Counted from the first letter of the stretch, positions 47,502 to 58,356 are shown. The stretch: 64,000 nucleotides of DNA from Candidatus Latescibacterota bacterium (GCA_965237675.1 OZ250150.1:2592001-2656000); one strand, 5' to 3'. Numbers and translations: made by a program. The notes: generated by a model from the letters alone, not told the origin.

Positions 47502-49370
47502 ATGAAACCGTTCTCAGAAGATCTGCTCGCGAAACTGAATAACGCAACGGTGGCGCCGCCGGAGACAAGGCCGAGGGTCCTGCTGGGCGCGGAGGAGGTG
47601 TCCGAGGTTCGACAACGGGCGAGGGCGATACCCGGTTTCGTTGACAGACTTGTCGAGTCGGCAAGAGACGCGTCCGGCAATGAGGATCTTTTCGGTCCCA
47701 CCCCGGAACTTCCGTACTTCTGCCAGACCCCGCTCCGGTCGCTGGCAAACGCCGCCTTTATACTGGAAGATGACGCATTCGCGGCAAGGGCGCTGGAGGG
47801 CGTGGAGGTGATGTTCTCGTTTCCAACGGACGAGTGGGTGGCCCGGCCTCACCGCCCCATGCGATGTGACCACGCCATGCTGAACGTGGCGTCAGCAATC
47901 GGTTTGACGATGGACCTCTGTTCGTCGCTCTGGCCGGCAGACGCGGTGGCGTCGATCTCGCGGCGGATCAACGCGTATACGGTGGCAAGGTTTCTGGAAA
48001 CATGGGAAAAACAGGATGCGCACTGGTCGAGTCCGGACTACCATTGGAACTGGAAGATCATGTGCTGCGGCGAGATGGGTACGGCGGCAATTTCGTGCGC
48101 TGAGGCGATTTCGGATCTCGACTCTGTGTTACAGGCGGCGCTCGAAGGGTGTCTGGACATTCTGGATTTCGTTCCGCCGGAAGGGGACTGGGCGGAAGGG
48201 CCCGGATACTGGCTGGGTACGCTGGGACACGGCGTCAAGTTCGGTGTCGGCTTGAAGCGGGCAACCGGGGGAGCGGTGAATCTGTTCGAACATCCCGCAT
48301 TGCGGAAAACCGGGGACTATATCGTCCACGTGACCGAACCCGACGGACAGGTATACAATTTCAACGATAACGGGATTTCCCTTGGCGGCAGCCTCGACTA
48401 TTTGTTGCTGCTGGCAACGCTGAACCGGCGCGGAGACTGGGCGCGAACGGCGCGCGCCAGCGATCATGCAACCGTTGAGCGCCTGATCTGGGACGATCCG
48501 TCGCTGGCCGACGAGATCCCGACAGAGACCGCCCGAAGTTATCCCACGACCGGTGTGGTGACGATGCGCAGCGGGTGGGACGACCGGGCGACCTTTGTGG
48601 GCCTCAAATCGGGTTCGAGCGCCGTCGGCCACTCACAGCTCGACGCGAATTCATTTGTGGTCACCTCGCGGGGGGAACGGCTGTTGATCGACGAAGGTAT
48701 CTGGCCGTACGGCCACGCGCTGGGGTTTTTCGACAGCGACGGGGGCGGGCGGTGGAATTTTGACGGAAACGGGACGATCGGGCACAATACGCTGATGGTC
48801 GACGGCGGGGGTCAGCGCTACGGAGCCGACTATCCGGGCAGAATCGTTTCTTTCGAGCGTGGTGAAGAGGTGGACGTGGCCGTCGGCGACGCGACGGCGG
48901 CCTACGGCGGAAAATTGAAGCGGTATCTGCGCACGCTGGCCTATGTGAAACCTGACGTGGTCCTGGTATACGACCGGGTTTCGTCCGAGGAGCCCCGGCT
49001 GCTGGAGTGGCTGTTTCATCACCGGGCCGAGGTATCCGGCGACGAGCGGCTGACCGAGTTCAGACGGAACGGCGTGACGCTGTCGTTGTCCAGAGTGATT
49101 CCGGAAGAGGCGGAATGCTGGCGGTTAAGCGACGTGAAGCGGACCAGCATGTACACGGAGTCCAATCAGTATCGACCCCATCGGGTCAGCGTCGAATATC
49201 GAGGTTTCGGGCCGTTTCATCCATGCCGGGAAATCGAGGTTTTGTGGGCGATTCACGTGGGGGACGCTTCCGATCGGCCGGAGGTCGAGGCATCGGAGGG
49301 GGATCGGGTGGCGACGGTCCGGGTGGTGTTCGGGGGCGGGAACGAGCGAATCGTGACGCTCACGAAGTAG
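47502..49370 (+). CDS. Heparinase II/III-like polysaccharide lyase family protein
   Basis: HWNW, WAEGPGYW, NFNDN, MRSGW, GHSQLDANSF, GHNTLMVDGGGQ. Confidence 0.85.
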   Translation: MKPFSEDLLAKLNNATVAPPETRPRVLLGAEEVSEVRQRARAIPGFVDRLVESARDASGNEDLFGPTPELPYFCQTPLRSLANAAFILEDDAFAARALEGVEVMFSFPTDEWVARPHRPMRCDHAMLNVASAIGLTMDLCSSLWPADAVASISRRINAYTVARFLETWEKQDAHWSSPDYHWNWKIMCCGEMGTAAISCAEAISDLDSVLQAALEGCLDILDFVPPEGDWAEGPGYWLGTLGHGVKFGVGLKRATGGAVNLFEHPALRKTGDYIVHVTEPDGQVYNFNDNGISLGGSLDYLLLLATLNRRGDWARTARASDHATVERLIWDDPSLADEIPTETARSYPTTGVVTMRSGWDDRATFVGLKSGSSAVGHSQLDANSFVVTSRGERLLIDEGIWPYGHALGFFDSDGGGRWNFDGNGTIGHNTLMVDGGGQRYGADYPGRIVSFERGEEVDVAVGDATAAYGGKLKRYLRTLAYVKPDVVLVYDRVSSEEPRLLEWLFHHRAEVSGDERLTEFRRNGVTLSLSRVIPEEAECWRLSDVKRTSMYTESNQYRPHRVSVEYRGFGPFHPCREIEVLWAIHVGDASDRPEVEASEGDRVATVRVVFGGGNERIVTLTK

Positions 49371-49385
49371 ACCGTCGCGCCCCGC

Positions 49386-51602
49386 TTATTTCGATGGCGG
49401 CGCTGTACTCTGCGATGGCTGATCAGGACGCTTCCGTCTGGCGCTTAGTTCCGCCCGGATTTTTTCAATCAGCCATCCGTAATGCAGGAGTGTCTGGTCG
49501 TTGGTGTTTTTCTCCGCAGTAAGTTTTATATATCTGTTCAGGTACGTCGCCCCCCTTTCCGCCATGCCCACCCGGATCAGGCCCACGTAGGCCCCGGCCG
49601 ACAGCCCGGAATCGGAAATCCTGCGAAGTTCCCTCTTCGCGTCGACGCTCCTGCCCTCCGCAAGATAGACCTCGCGCAGCAACAGGCGTCCCAGCGCGAA
49701 TTCCGGCTTCACGTCCAGGCTGCGCTGGAACGCGCTCTCGGCACGCTTCCACGCCTTGCGATGGTAGGCGACCACGCCGGCATGGACGTATCTGTCGGGT
49801 AGCGCCGGGTCTGTCCGGACTTCCGCCCTCCACTGTTCAAGCAGGTCCTGCACCTTCGGGTTCGTGCGCCGGTAGATCAGAACGCGGGGATGGTCGAATC
49901 CCGTGATCGTGGGTTCGGCGTCCGCTTCGGAATACGTGAATCCCAGAATTTCGGGGGCGACTTTGAACTGCGCAACCCGTTCAAATCCCAGGCTCTCTTC
50001 GGCCAGGCGGCGGTAGTAGGTGTGAGCGACCGGGTATCGTCGCGGCACCTTCATGAACGGCCGCATGCGGTTCTCCTCGATCACGACAATCCATTTGACG
50101 CCTGACAACCGGTTTTGTATGAATTCGACATGTGCCTCGTAGGGCAGGTTGCCGTCGGCACTGAGAAACCAGGCCGCCTCGTCCAGCTTTTGTTTGTATC
50201 GGTCCGCCGGCACCATCCAGGACGTCGGGTATCCGCCCCGCTCGGCCAGCACACGTTCCCCTTCGGGAATTTTTCGCTTTATCCATCCAGCGGCTTCGAA
50301 GCGGCTGCTGGACCGGTAGACTCGAGATGTTGCGATGCCATAGGTGGCTGTGGGAATAACCACAAGCACCACGGGCAGAGCGTAAACCCAAACCTGGTTC
50401 AGACGCCGGCGCATCCAAACTGCGGCCTCAACGCAGGCCCAGGCGCCCATCACCGCCATCAGCGGTTGCATCGGTGTGGTATAACGGACAGGCTTGGTGT
50501 GGAGTCCCGCCACCAAAAGGAAGTATGGCGCCAGCCAGGCCAGCAGCACCCACCAGCCGCGCTGCCTCTTCCAGATGGCCAGCGCAACGCCGCACAGGGC
50601 CGCAACTTCCAGGGGCGTTCCCAGCGCGTACCGGAATAGATGCGTGATAAAGTACAAATAGGGTGGGGTGGAGAAATCGTAGAGCCCCCAGATCCGGATC
50701 GTCTGCCCCTTCGCTACCCTCATGCTGGGCAGGAAATTTCTCATGTCTTTCGAACTGAAGAATTCTCCAGGCCTGAGCAGGAGGGGTTCGCAGACCACTA
50801 CAACCGCAACCACGACCGCCCCGCAAAGCAGCGCTCTCGGCGTAACCGCGGGGCCCACACGGCGCCAAACTCTTCCTGCTTGCACCGCTACCCATCCTCG
50901 TTTTTGCCCCGGCTTCCGCTTCCCGCGCCCCACCTCCATGTTTTCCGTCCCTGTTTGCTGCGGCCAGATGTGCGCCATCAGAAAAGGCAGGCAAAGCATT
51001 CCTGCCATCAGCCGCGTCCCGGCCGCCATTCCGCAGACAAGCCCGCAGACCACGTAGGGACGGGTGCGGTCTGAAGGCAGTTTCAGGATGAGGTAGACGC
51101 CCAGGGTGGTCCAGAACGCAAGGGACACGTCCACGGTATAGAAATGGCTCTGCTGGATGTGCCCGGCGCAAAAGGCCAGAAAGGTCGCGCTGAGAACGCC
51201 GGTCCAGATACCAGCCAGATGGCGGCCGATGGCGAATACGACCCACACGGTGAGAGTGCCCAGCGTGGCCGAGATCCCCCGACCCAGGAGGTGGGTGAAT
51301 CTCACCGATCGATTGTCGTTTTTGTCGAACGGCTCGATACCCGCAACGAAACCGGCGCCCTTGGCCAGGACCCACAGGACGTAGGCCGGGCCCTTGGCAT
51401 AGGCCGTGACCGCCTTGGTCACTTCCACGCCCACCAATCCGGCGCTCTCGACAACCGTACGTTCATCGGGATGGAAGGCGTGAAACCTGCCGGTTTCGGG
51501 ATCTGTACCCCAGCCTATCCCGTAGAACCTCAGAACTGCCGATGCAACCAGGATGAAGATAAGGAACGCGTATGCGCTCCGATTTTCTTTTACACTTAAC
51601 AT
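49386..51602 (-). CDS. GT-C membrane glycosyltransferase (GT39/ArnT-like) with C-terminal TPR-like region
   Basis: LRFYGIGWG...FHPDE, SHFYTVD, many TM helices, RYTTP; AESAFQRSLDVKPEF is TPR-like. Confidence 0.8.
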   Translation of the reverse strand: MLSVKENRSAYAFLIFILVASAVLRFYGIGWGTDPETGRFHAFHPDERTVVESAGLVGVEVTKAVTAYAKGPAYVLWVLAKGAGFVAGIEPFDKNDNRSVRFTHLLGRGISATLGTLTVWVVFAIGRHLAGIWTGVLSATFLAFCAGHIQQSHFYTVDVSLAFWTTLGVYLILKLPSDRTRPYVVCGLVCGMAAGTRLMAGMLCLPFLMAHIWPQQTGTENMEVGRGKRKPGQKRGWVAVQAGRVWRRVGPAVTPRALLCGAVVVAVVVVCEPLLLRPGEFFSSKDMRNFLPSMRVAKGQTIRIWGLYDFSTPPYLYFITHLFRYALGTPLEVAALCGVALAIWKRQRGWWVLLAWLAPYFLLVAGLHTKPVRYTTPMQPLMAVMGAWACVEAAVWMRRRLNQVWVYALPVVLVVIPTATYGIATSRVYRSSSRFEAAGWIKRKIPEGERVLAERGGYPTSWMVPADRYKQKLDEAAWFLSADGNLPYEAHVEFIQNRLSGVKWIVVIEENRMRPFMKVPRRYPVAHTYYRRLAEESLGFERVAQFKVAPEILGFTYSEADAEPTITGFDHPRVLIYRRTNPKVQDLLEQWRAEVRTDPALPDRYVHAGVVAYHRKAWKRAESAFQRSLDVKPEFALGRLLLREVYLAEGRSVDAKRELRRISDSGLSAGAYVGLIRVGMAERGATYLNRYIKLTAEKNTNDQTLLHYGWLIEKIRAELSARRKRPDQPSQSTAPPSK

Positions 51603-51627
51603 TGTGGTGTCGGTAATCGCGGGAGCC

Positions 51628-52371
51628 TTATCGATATTTGCGGAAGATTTCGACCATTCCGAATATGGCGATGACGAAATCGCGAAACCTGATCTTCGAA
51701 CCGGCCGCGTCGCGCCATTCCGAAAGCGGGACCTCGTACACGATATCCTGCACCTGTGGTCGCTGCGTGCCCGTTCTGGCGCGCCTGAGCCTCGCGATGA
51801 TTTCGACGTCGAAAATCCATCGGGTAACGAAGGGTTCCTGAAACAGGGCCGCCATGCCCTGCGTCACCCGGAAAAGTTTCGCGCCGCATTGTGTGTCATA
51901 AATGTCGACGCGAAGAAAAACGGAGGCCGTGATTGCGAACAACCTGCTCAGACAATGCCTCAACCGGTTGCGCCTGATCGCCCTACCTAATAGACGTACC
52001 CTCGCGCCGAAGGCCATCTCGATGTCCGGCCTGCCTTCGAGGACGTTGCGGAACTCCGGGATGGCGTCCAGTGGCGTCGCGAGGTCCGCATCCCAGAATC
52101 CGACATAGTCGGGGTCGGATTCAAATGCCTTTAGAAAACCCTGCCGTACTGCTTCGCCCTTTCCGGAATTCACGGCGAGGGTATGGAAGTCGAAGGATTC
52201 GGGATCCGACACCCTCAGGCTGAGCAGGACTCCGGACGTGGCATCCGTGCTGCCGTCGTCGACGAACAGAAACCTGATGCCACGCGTCCGTCTCGCGAAT
52301 TCTTGAAATGCCTCAACCGGAAGCCGGCTGGCTTCGTTGTAGCACGGGACGACGATGATCGTTTCCGACAT
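51628..52371 (-). CDS. GT2 polyprenyl-phosphate glycosyltransferase
   Basis: VVPCYNEA, VDDGSTD, GKGEAV, DADL, YDTQCGAK, WIFDVE. Confidence 0.9.
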   Translation of the reverse strand: MSETIIVVPCYNEASRLPVEAFQEFARRTRGIRFLFVDDGSTDATSGVLLSLRVSDPESFDFHTLAVNSGKGEAVRQGFLKAFESDPDYVGFWDADLATPLDAIPEFRNVLEGRPDIEMAFGARVRLLGRAIRRNRLRHCLSRLFAITASVFLRVDIYDTQCGAKLFRVTQGMAALFQEPFVTRWIFDVEIIARLRRARTGTQRPQVQDIVYEVPLSEWRDAAGSKIRFRDFVIAIFGMVEIFRKYR

Positions 52372-52427
52372 GCGATTTGACTCGTGACGACGTCATGCAG
52401 GCAGCAGCAAGAAAGACAATCAACTCA

Positions 52428-52490
52428 CACAAAGCCACAAAGACACAAAGGGAAAACTCAGCCATCAGCTGTCAGCGTACAGCGGTCAGC
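52428..52490. repeat. Adjacent tandem repeats: 8-bp period (CACAAAG x3) and 7-bp period (CAGC x5)
   Basis: CACAAAG at 52428, 52436, 52444; CAGC at 52459, 52466, 52473, 52480, 52487. Confidence 0.7.
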
Positions 52491-52666
52491 CAAAAGCGGT
52501 ACGACCGCTAATCCACGCAGCGTTCCTTCCCTGTCTGCCTACCGCCCGCACGGCTGTGGAGTGGGGGGTTTTTCCGCGTTATTCCGTTCAGCAACATCGT
52601 ACGCATTCTCCATTGCGGCAGTTCGTGGAAAAACCGGCCCCGTGCCGAACGGCGCCGTTCTTTTTG

Positions 52667-52697
52667 GTCCTTTTTCTTGGCGTGCAAGAAAAAGGAC
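52667..52697. repeat. Perfect 13-bp AT-rich hairpin (REP-like or terminator-like)
   Basis: GTCCTTTTTCTTG-GCGTG-CAAGAAAAAGGAC. Confidence 0.6.
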
Positions 52698-53063
52698 GAA
52701 GAAAACAAAAAAAGAGAGAAAGGGACATGACCTGACAGGCGCCAAGTACAACCCATCATCAGCCATTTTCGATTGTTACCCCGTAACCGGTTCTGCCGTC
52801 TCGGCATTCTGGCAAAATATAGCGTATGGCGATTCGCATGTCAATTGAATCACCCGGCGCGGGTGCGGATCGACTGATGCCCGCACACCCGCTTCCACGG
52901 GTAAGTTTCGGACGACCCGTCGCTATATCAGAAGGTATGGGCGAGGTGGGTTCGTCGTGGATTCGGGACGAACTGCCGGGCTTGACAAAGGGATGCGGAG
53001 GCCGTAGATTTCGCTGGCGGCGGGAAGCACAGGACGCAAGAACGCGAACCGTTGAAATCGGAT

Positions 53064-54353
53064 ATGTTCATGGCCAGGGATGAATATCGGGTCGACGTTG
53101 CGTTTGGCCACGGCAGTGTGTCCATCAGCGCCGACCCCGCGTTGGCCGAATGGGACGTGATTCGCCCATCCTTCGCGGCGGCGATGCCTGACCTGAAACG
53201 TCGTTTTCGGGAAGCGGTAGCGAATCCGGTGGCGTCTGACCCGCTCGGCAATCTGGTTTCACCCCGTGACAGGGTCGTCATTGTGACGTCCGACGGCACC
53301 CGCGCGGTGCCCAACCGGCAGTTGATTCCGTGGATTCTGGACGTCCTGCCGGTGCCCGACGAGAATGTCACTGTGTTGCTGGGAAACGGGACCCATCGGG
53401 CAAATACGGATGAAGAAATCGCCGGGATGTTCGGCAGGGAGATTGCCACGCGGTTGCGGATTCTGAATCACGACGCGTACGACCCAAAAAAAAACGTGTA
53501 TCTGGGTAAGTCTGCCTGCGGGACGGAGGTGTGGCTGGATAGGGCGTATATAGAAGCGGACAAGCGGATTGTGCTGGGATTTATAGAGCCCCATTTCTTT
53601 GCGGGCTTTTCAGGCGGACCAAAGGGCGTCGCGCCGGGGGTGGCGGGAATTGAGACAATTTATCGTCTGCATCGGTCGGAATTGATCGCGGATCCGATGA
53701 GTACCTGGGGTGTCCTGGACCAGAACCCCCTGCAACGGGAGGTCCGCGAAGCCGTGGCGCTTTGTCCGCCGGATTTCCTGGTGAACGTGACGCTGAATGG
53801 AGAAAAAGCGATATCGGGATTTCATGTGGGGAACTATCTGGCGGCGCATCAGCGGGGGTGCGTCTTCGCGAGGGCGGCTTCCATGGCGCCTGTGGAGAAG
53901 CCGTTCCAGGTCGTGCTGACTTCGAATAGCGGTTACCCGCTGGATCAGAACCTGTACCAGGCCGTAAAGGGCATGTCGGCGGCTGCCCGCATCGTGGAAG
54001 ACGGCGGGACCGTGCTTGTCGCGAGCGAGTGCAGCGACGGGGTCCCGGATCACGGAAACTTCGCCGAATTGATGCGTGCCGGCGCCGCGCCGCGGGACGT
54101 CCTGCAGGCCGTGCACGACCGGGAACCCATTCCGGACCAGTGGCAGGCGCAGACCCTGGCGGCGATCCTGGAGCGGGTTGAAGTCGGGGTTTATTCCGAT
54201 ATGGACAGGGCCGATATCGAGGCGTGCAAACTGGACGCCGTGGCAGATCTGGACGCAACCCTTCGGGAAACGGTCCGGGCGATTGGCGGCGAAGCACGGG
54301 TGGCGGTGCTGCCGGACGGCCCGTTGACGATTCCATATCTATCTGAACCATAG
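53064..54353 (+). CDS. larA: Nickel-pincer lactate racemase family protein
   Basis: SDGTRAVP, GTHR, NHD, IEPHFFAGFSGGPK, GYPLDQNLYQAVKG, DQWQAQ, GPLTIPY. Confidence 0.9.
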   Translation: MFMARDEYRVDVAFGHGSVSISADPALAEWDVIRPSFAAAMPDLKRRFREAVANPVASDPLGNLVSPRDRVVIVTSDGTRAVPNRQLIPWILDVLPVPDENVTVLLGNGTHRANTDEEIAGMFGREIATRLRILNHDAYDPKKNVYLGKSACGTEVWLDRAYIEADKRIVLGFIEPHFFAGFSGGPKGVAPGVAGIETIYRLHRSELIADPMSTWGVLDQNPLQREVREAVALCPPDFLVNVTLNGEKAISGFHVGNYLAAHQRGCVFARAASMAPVEKPFQVVLTSNSGYPLDQNLYQAVKGMSAAARIVEDGGTVLVASECSDGVPDHGNFAELMRAGAAPRDVLQAVHDREPIPDQWQAQTLAAILERVEVGVYSDMDRADIEACKLDAVADLDATLRETVRAIGGEARVAVLPDGPLTIPYLSEP

Positions 54354-54529
54354 CAGCCCGTTGAAAAAGTCCATCCGGCCTCGCCTGCAGAGCAACTTTA
54401 TCAACGGACTGATAGAGAGGATCGACACGATTCAGGACCGGATGTTCGTTCCGCGCCTGGACCGCGGACTTCACAAGGCTGCCGATGATGCGTGGAATGC
54501 GAAGGAATCCTTCGGAAAGGGATTTGTAC

Positions 54530-57067
54530 ATGCCGGAACAAATGGCAATCAGGTTGCAGGTGGTTGAGTCTGAGGGCGTTGCGCGTCGCAATTGGCCGGT
54601 CACGCGGGGGATCCCGCTTCCCAGGGGTGCTGTTCAGGATCCGGCCTTATTGGGGGTGAAAGATGAGGACGATCGCCCGGTATCCGCCCAGTTCCGTGTG
54701 TTGTGTCGATGGCCTGACGCAAGTTTAAAGTGGGTTCTAACGGATTTCCAGGCGGATATACCGCCCGGCGGCAAGTCGCTTTATTCCGTGTCTTGGGATG
54801 GCGACCGGGTTGGCCAGGCCGGTGGGGTCCGCGTTCAAGAGGACGGCGACAAATTGATTGTATGTACGGGCCCCCTCCGGTTCGAGGTGAATCGCAAACG
54901 GTTTACCCTCGTGGAAAATGTGGCGCTGGGGCGGACGGAACCGGACGGCGAGTTTACGCCGAAAGAGGAAGTGGCAACCTGTGGAGGGGACGCCTGGGTG
55001 CGCATCCGCGAGTCGTTTCTGGACGACGAGGGCAGGCGGTACATCTACGGGATGGGCGGCGATTGCCTGGCTTCCCTGGCAGACGCCGTCTACGACGTGC
55101 GCGTGGAGGAAGCCGGTCCGCTCAGGGTGGTAATCCGGTGTGAGGGCGCCTTCGAGGCCGATCTGCCGATGCACCACTATTCGGGGTATCGGCCGTTTCG
55201 TTTCGTGACACGAATTTACGCCTACGCGGGCCGGACCGAGTTGCGCGTACTGCACACCGTGGTTGCGGCGTGCAATCCGAGAGAGACGGAAGTGGAGGAA
55301 ATTGCATTGCGAGTCCCGGTCTCTCTCTCGGGTGCGGTGAACTACCGGGTTTCCGCGAGTCGGGAGATCGCCGGTGTGGCAACCGCCGGTGAATCGCTGT
55401 TGCTTTCCCAGCGGCTTCACAATCACTTTCGTCTGGACCGGCGTCAGGGCCAGCGCACAAGAACACTTTCCGAAGGAGACCGGACGGAGGGCTGGATCGC
55501 CTGCGAAGACAGCCGGGTGGGCGTTGGCGTCGGTCTGCGGTATATGCCCGAGGAATACCCGAAGGCACTGGGCGTTTCCGGGATGGGCGGCGGAATCGAC
55601 GTGTATTGCTGGAAAGATCCCGACGGGAAATGCCTTTCGCTGAAACGGTATTCGGAGGCCGTGGCCTGGGATGAAGGCGAGGGGGTCTATGCGGATGGCA
55701 CCGGTACGTCCAAAACGACCGAGTTCTTTGTCTGTTTCTACCGGGTATCGGATAGCGACGGCGTCCCTGATCGCCTGAGAGGATGGCTCCACTCGCCGCA
55801 TGTATCGGTGGATCCGGTATCGATGGCGGTCTGTGAAGCCACGGGAGGGTTCCAACCCTTTGACGAAGGTCGTTTTCCGAAATCCGAGCGGATGATGGCG
55901 GCCTTCGTTGAATGGCTGCAGCGGAATATCGAACTGGGCGGCTGGTACGGTTTTCTTGACTGGGGCGATGCGCTGGTGGCGTGGGACCAGAGTACGGACG
56001 ACTGGCGCTTTTACGGCCGGTGGGGGTGGTGCAACAGCGAGTGGGATCCACGGCATGGGGTGTGGGTGCAATACATGCGCACCGGCGATCCCCGGTATTT
56101 TCTGCTCGCCGAAGCGATGACGCGCCACTCGATGGACGTGGACACATGCCATTACCACCCGTTCAGACCCTATATGGTGGGTGGCTGTTTCCGCCATAGC
56201 GTGGACCATTTCGGTGATGAGAGTTGTGCGTCCCATACGTTTCTGGACGGGTGGATGGACTATTACTACCTGACGGGTGACCTGCGGACGCTCGAGGTGA
56301 TCCGGGAGGCTGGCGAGTTTCTGTTGCGATACCGTTGGACGGAAGATCCGGCATTCAGTTTCAGCTTGCGTAGCATTTCAAATGCACTGCGCGGTCTGCT
56401 ATATGTGTATGAAGCCACGGGCGAGGAGCGGTTCATGTCGCGTGCGTTGGCGGTGTACGAGGCGATCGCACGAGGTCAGAACGAGGATGGAAGCTGGCAC
56501 AAGCGGTTTCAGATCTCCACCGTGGACCGGCTGTCGGACCAGGGGCCGTACGGAATGGCCACGGAGGGCACGACACTGGCCGTCGAGATGGGCACGGCGC
56601 CTCCGTTTACCGATGCCGAGTTTCGTAAGCTGAGAGGGGATGCGAAGTCGGTAAACCGGGTTCTGCCTGTGTCCGAACAGAAAGGGTACCAGACCCACTA
56701 TCTGATGGTGGGGTTGGAACTGTTGCACCGCCTCACGGATCGGGAAGACGTGGCGGAGGTCTACCACCGGGCCGTGGATTGGTTCTGTGGGTATCCGGAC
56801 GGGCTGAATGCGGAAAAAGCCATCCAACAGCGATACGGTGGAATCGTTTGCAGGCACCTGGGTTACGCGTTCAGGCTGACGGGAAATCGGAAATACCTGG
56901 AGATTGGTCAGGAGGTTCTGAAAGTATTGATCGCGGGCCAGGATTGGGGGGACGATCCCAAGCGCAGGGGAGCGGTCGAAATGAGCCCCATGTACATCAG
57001 TTTGCTGTTTTTTGGCGTGCCCTACCTCCTCGGGGCGCTGTCGGATGCGGAACTGGGAGAAGAATGA
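54530..57067 (+). CDS. Exo-rhamnogalacturonan lyase (RGLX)-like protein
   Basis: WPVTRGIPLPRG, RWPDASLKW, EEAGPLR, WYGFLDWGD, WCNSE, AMTRHSMDVD. Confidence 0.7.
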   Translation: MPEQMAIRLQVVESEGVARRNWPVTRGIPLPRGAVQDPALLGVKDEDDRPVSAQFRVLCRWPDASLKWVLTDFQADIPPGGKSLYSVSWDGDRVGQAGGVRVQEDGDKLIVCTGPLRFEVNRKRFTLVENVALGRTEPDGEFTPKEEVATCGGDAWVRIRESFLDDEGRRYIYGMGGDCLASLADAVYDVRVEEAGPLRVVIRCEGAFEADLPMHHYSGYRPFRFVTRIYAYAGRTELRVLHTVVAACNPRETEVEEIALRVPVSLSGAVNYRVSASREIAGVATAGESLLLSQRLHNHFRLDRRQGQRTRTLSEGDRTEGWIACEDSRVGVGVGLRYMPEEYPKALGVSGMGGGIDVYCWKDPDGKCLSLKRYSEAVAWDEGEGVYADGTGTSKTTEFFVCFYRVSDSDGVPDRLRGWLHSPHVSVDPVSMAVCEATGGFQPFDEGRFPKSERMMAAFVEWLQRNIELGGWYGFLDWGDALVAWDQSTDDWRFYGRWGWCNSEWDPRHGVWVQYMRTGDPRYFLLAEAMTRHSMDVDTCHYHPFRPYMVGGCFRHSVDHFGDESCASHTFLDGWMDYYYLTGDLRTLEVIREAGEFLLRYRWTEDPAFSFSLRSISNALRGLLYVYEATGEERFMSRALAVYEAIARGQNEDGSWHKRFQISTVDRLSDQGPYGMATEGTTLAVEMGTAPPFTDAEFRKLRGDAKSVNRVLPVSEQKGYQTHYLMVGLELLHRLTDREDVAEVYHRAVDWFCGYPDGLNAEKAIQQRYGGIVCRHLGYAFRLTGNRKYLEIGQEVLKVLIAGQDWGDDPKRRGAVEMSPMYISLLFFGVPYLLGALSDAELGEE

Positions 57068-57267
57068 CGTCAATTGAAGCGGACATCGCCGCGCAGCCGA
57101 CGCATTACCTGTAACGAAGTACCGGATGAACGGAAGCGGAAGTACGTCATTGAACACCAATCGAGAGGAGGTCGGTGAGGGCGATCGAGTCCGGCGCCCC
57201 AATGCGCAGTGGCGTCTCGGGAATCCGGGAACTTGCAGATGTTTACCAACGAATGGAGGTCGGTAAG

Positions 57268-58356
57268 ATGGCAGGCAGGGGGCGAATTCGGGTTGGCATT
57301 CTCGGTCAGGGACGCAGCGGTCGGGATATCCATGCGGAGTGGCTGTCCCGGCCGCCCGCGAAATACCGGATTGTGGCCGTGTCGGATCTGCTGCGGGACC
57401 GCCGTGACCGCGCGGTACGTGAGTTTGAATGTGATGCGTATGCTGATTATAAGGAGCTACTGGCACGGCAGGACGTCGACCTGATTGTCAACGCGTTGCC
57501 CAGCCATCTGCATACACAAAGTACCGTGGAAGCCTTTGGAGAAGGTCACCATGTTGTCTGCGAAAAACCCCTGGCGGTCAGCACCGGAGGCTTCCGGCGA
57601 ATGGTGGCGGCGTCCGGGCGGGCAGGCAGGGTGTTCGCACCGTTTCAGCAGTCGAGATACGCACCGCAATTTCAGCAGATACGCAGGGTGATCGATTCCG
57701 GCGTGCTGGGGCGAATCGTCCAGATCCGGATTGCGTTCAACGGGTTCGCGCGCCGATGGGACTGGCAGACGCTGCAGGAATTCAAAGGCGGTAACCTTCT
57801 GAATACGGGGCCGCATCCGATGGACCAGGCCCTGTGTCTGCTGGATTGGAAAAAGCCCGCTGTGCATTGCATCATGGACCGCACGAATACGTGGGGAGAC
57901 GCGGAGGATCATGTAAAGGTGCTGTTGCGGCGGAAAGGATCTCCCACGGTCGATCTGGAGATATCCTCGTGCGACGCCTATTCCGGAGATATGTATCACG
58001 TTTACGGTACGCGGGGCGGGCTGACGGGCGGATCCGACGGGATCCGCTGGCGGTTTTTCGATCCCGAGGCGGCGCCGGAACAGCGGCTCTTGCGATCCCC
58101 GCTTCCGGGTCCGAGCTATTGCAGAGAGACGTTGCCCTGGACGGAGAAGACGTGGACGCCCAATGAAGAGGAGAAGGATGCGTTCACGTTTATGTCCAGA
58201 GCGTTCTACGATCATATCTACAGGGTCCTGAACGAGGGCGCGCCGTTGTTCATCACGCCGAAGCAGGTCGCCGTGCAGGTGGCGGTGATGGAGGAATGCC
58301 ACCGGCAGAATCCCCTGTCCAGGTGGCGGCCAAAAGGCTGGAAAAAAGAAAGTTAG
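57268..58356 (+). CDS. Gfo/Idh/MocA family oxidoreductase
   Basis: GQGRSG, CEKP, RRWDWQT, GGNLLNTGPH. Confidence 0.9.
   Translation: MAGRGRIRVGILGQGRSGRDIHAEWLSRPPAKYRIVAVSDLLRDRRDRAVREFECDAYADYKELLARQDVDLIVNALPSHLHTQSTVEAFGEGHHVVCEKPLAVSTGGFRRMVAASGRAGRVFAPFQQSRYAPQFQQIRRVIDSGVLGRIVQIRIAFNGFARRWDWQTLQEFKGGNLLNTGPHPMDQALCLLDWKKPAVHCIMDRTNTWGDAEDHVKVLLRRKGSPTVDLEISSCDAYSGDMYHVYGTRGGLTGGSDGIRWRFFDPEAAPEQRLLRSPLPGPSYCRETLPWTEKTWTPNEEEKDAFTFMSRAFYDHIYRVLNEGAPLFITPKQVAVQVAVMEECHRQNPLSRWRPKGWKKES

Noticed and set aside
52428-52490. Possible CRISPR array (also considered at 4927-5043, 6152-6207 and 7770-8170)
   Set aside because: Units are 7-9 bp or coding repeats; there are no 23-47 bp repeats with unique spacers and no cas genes.
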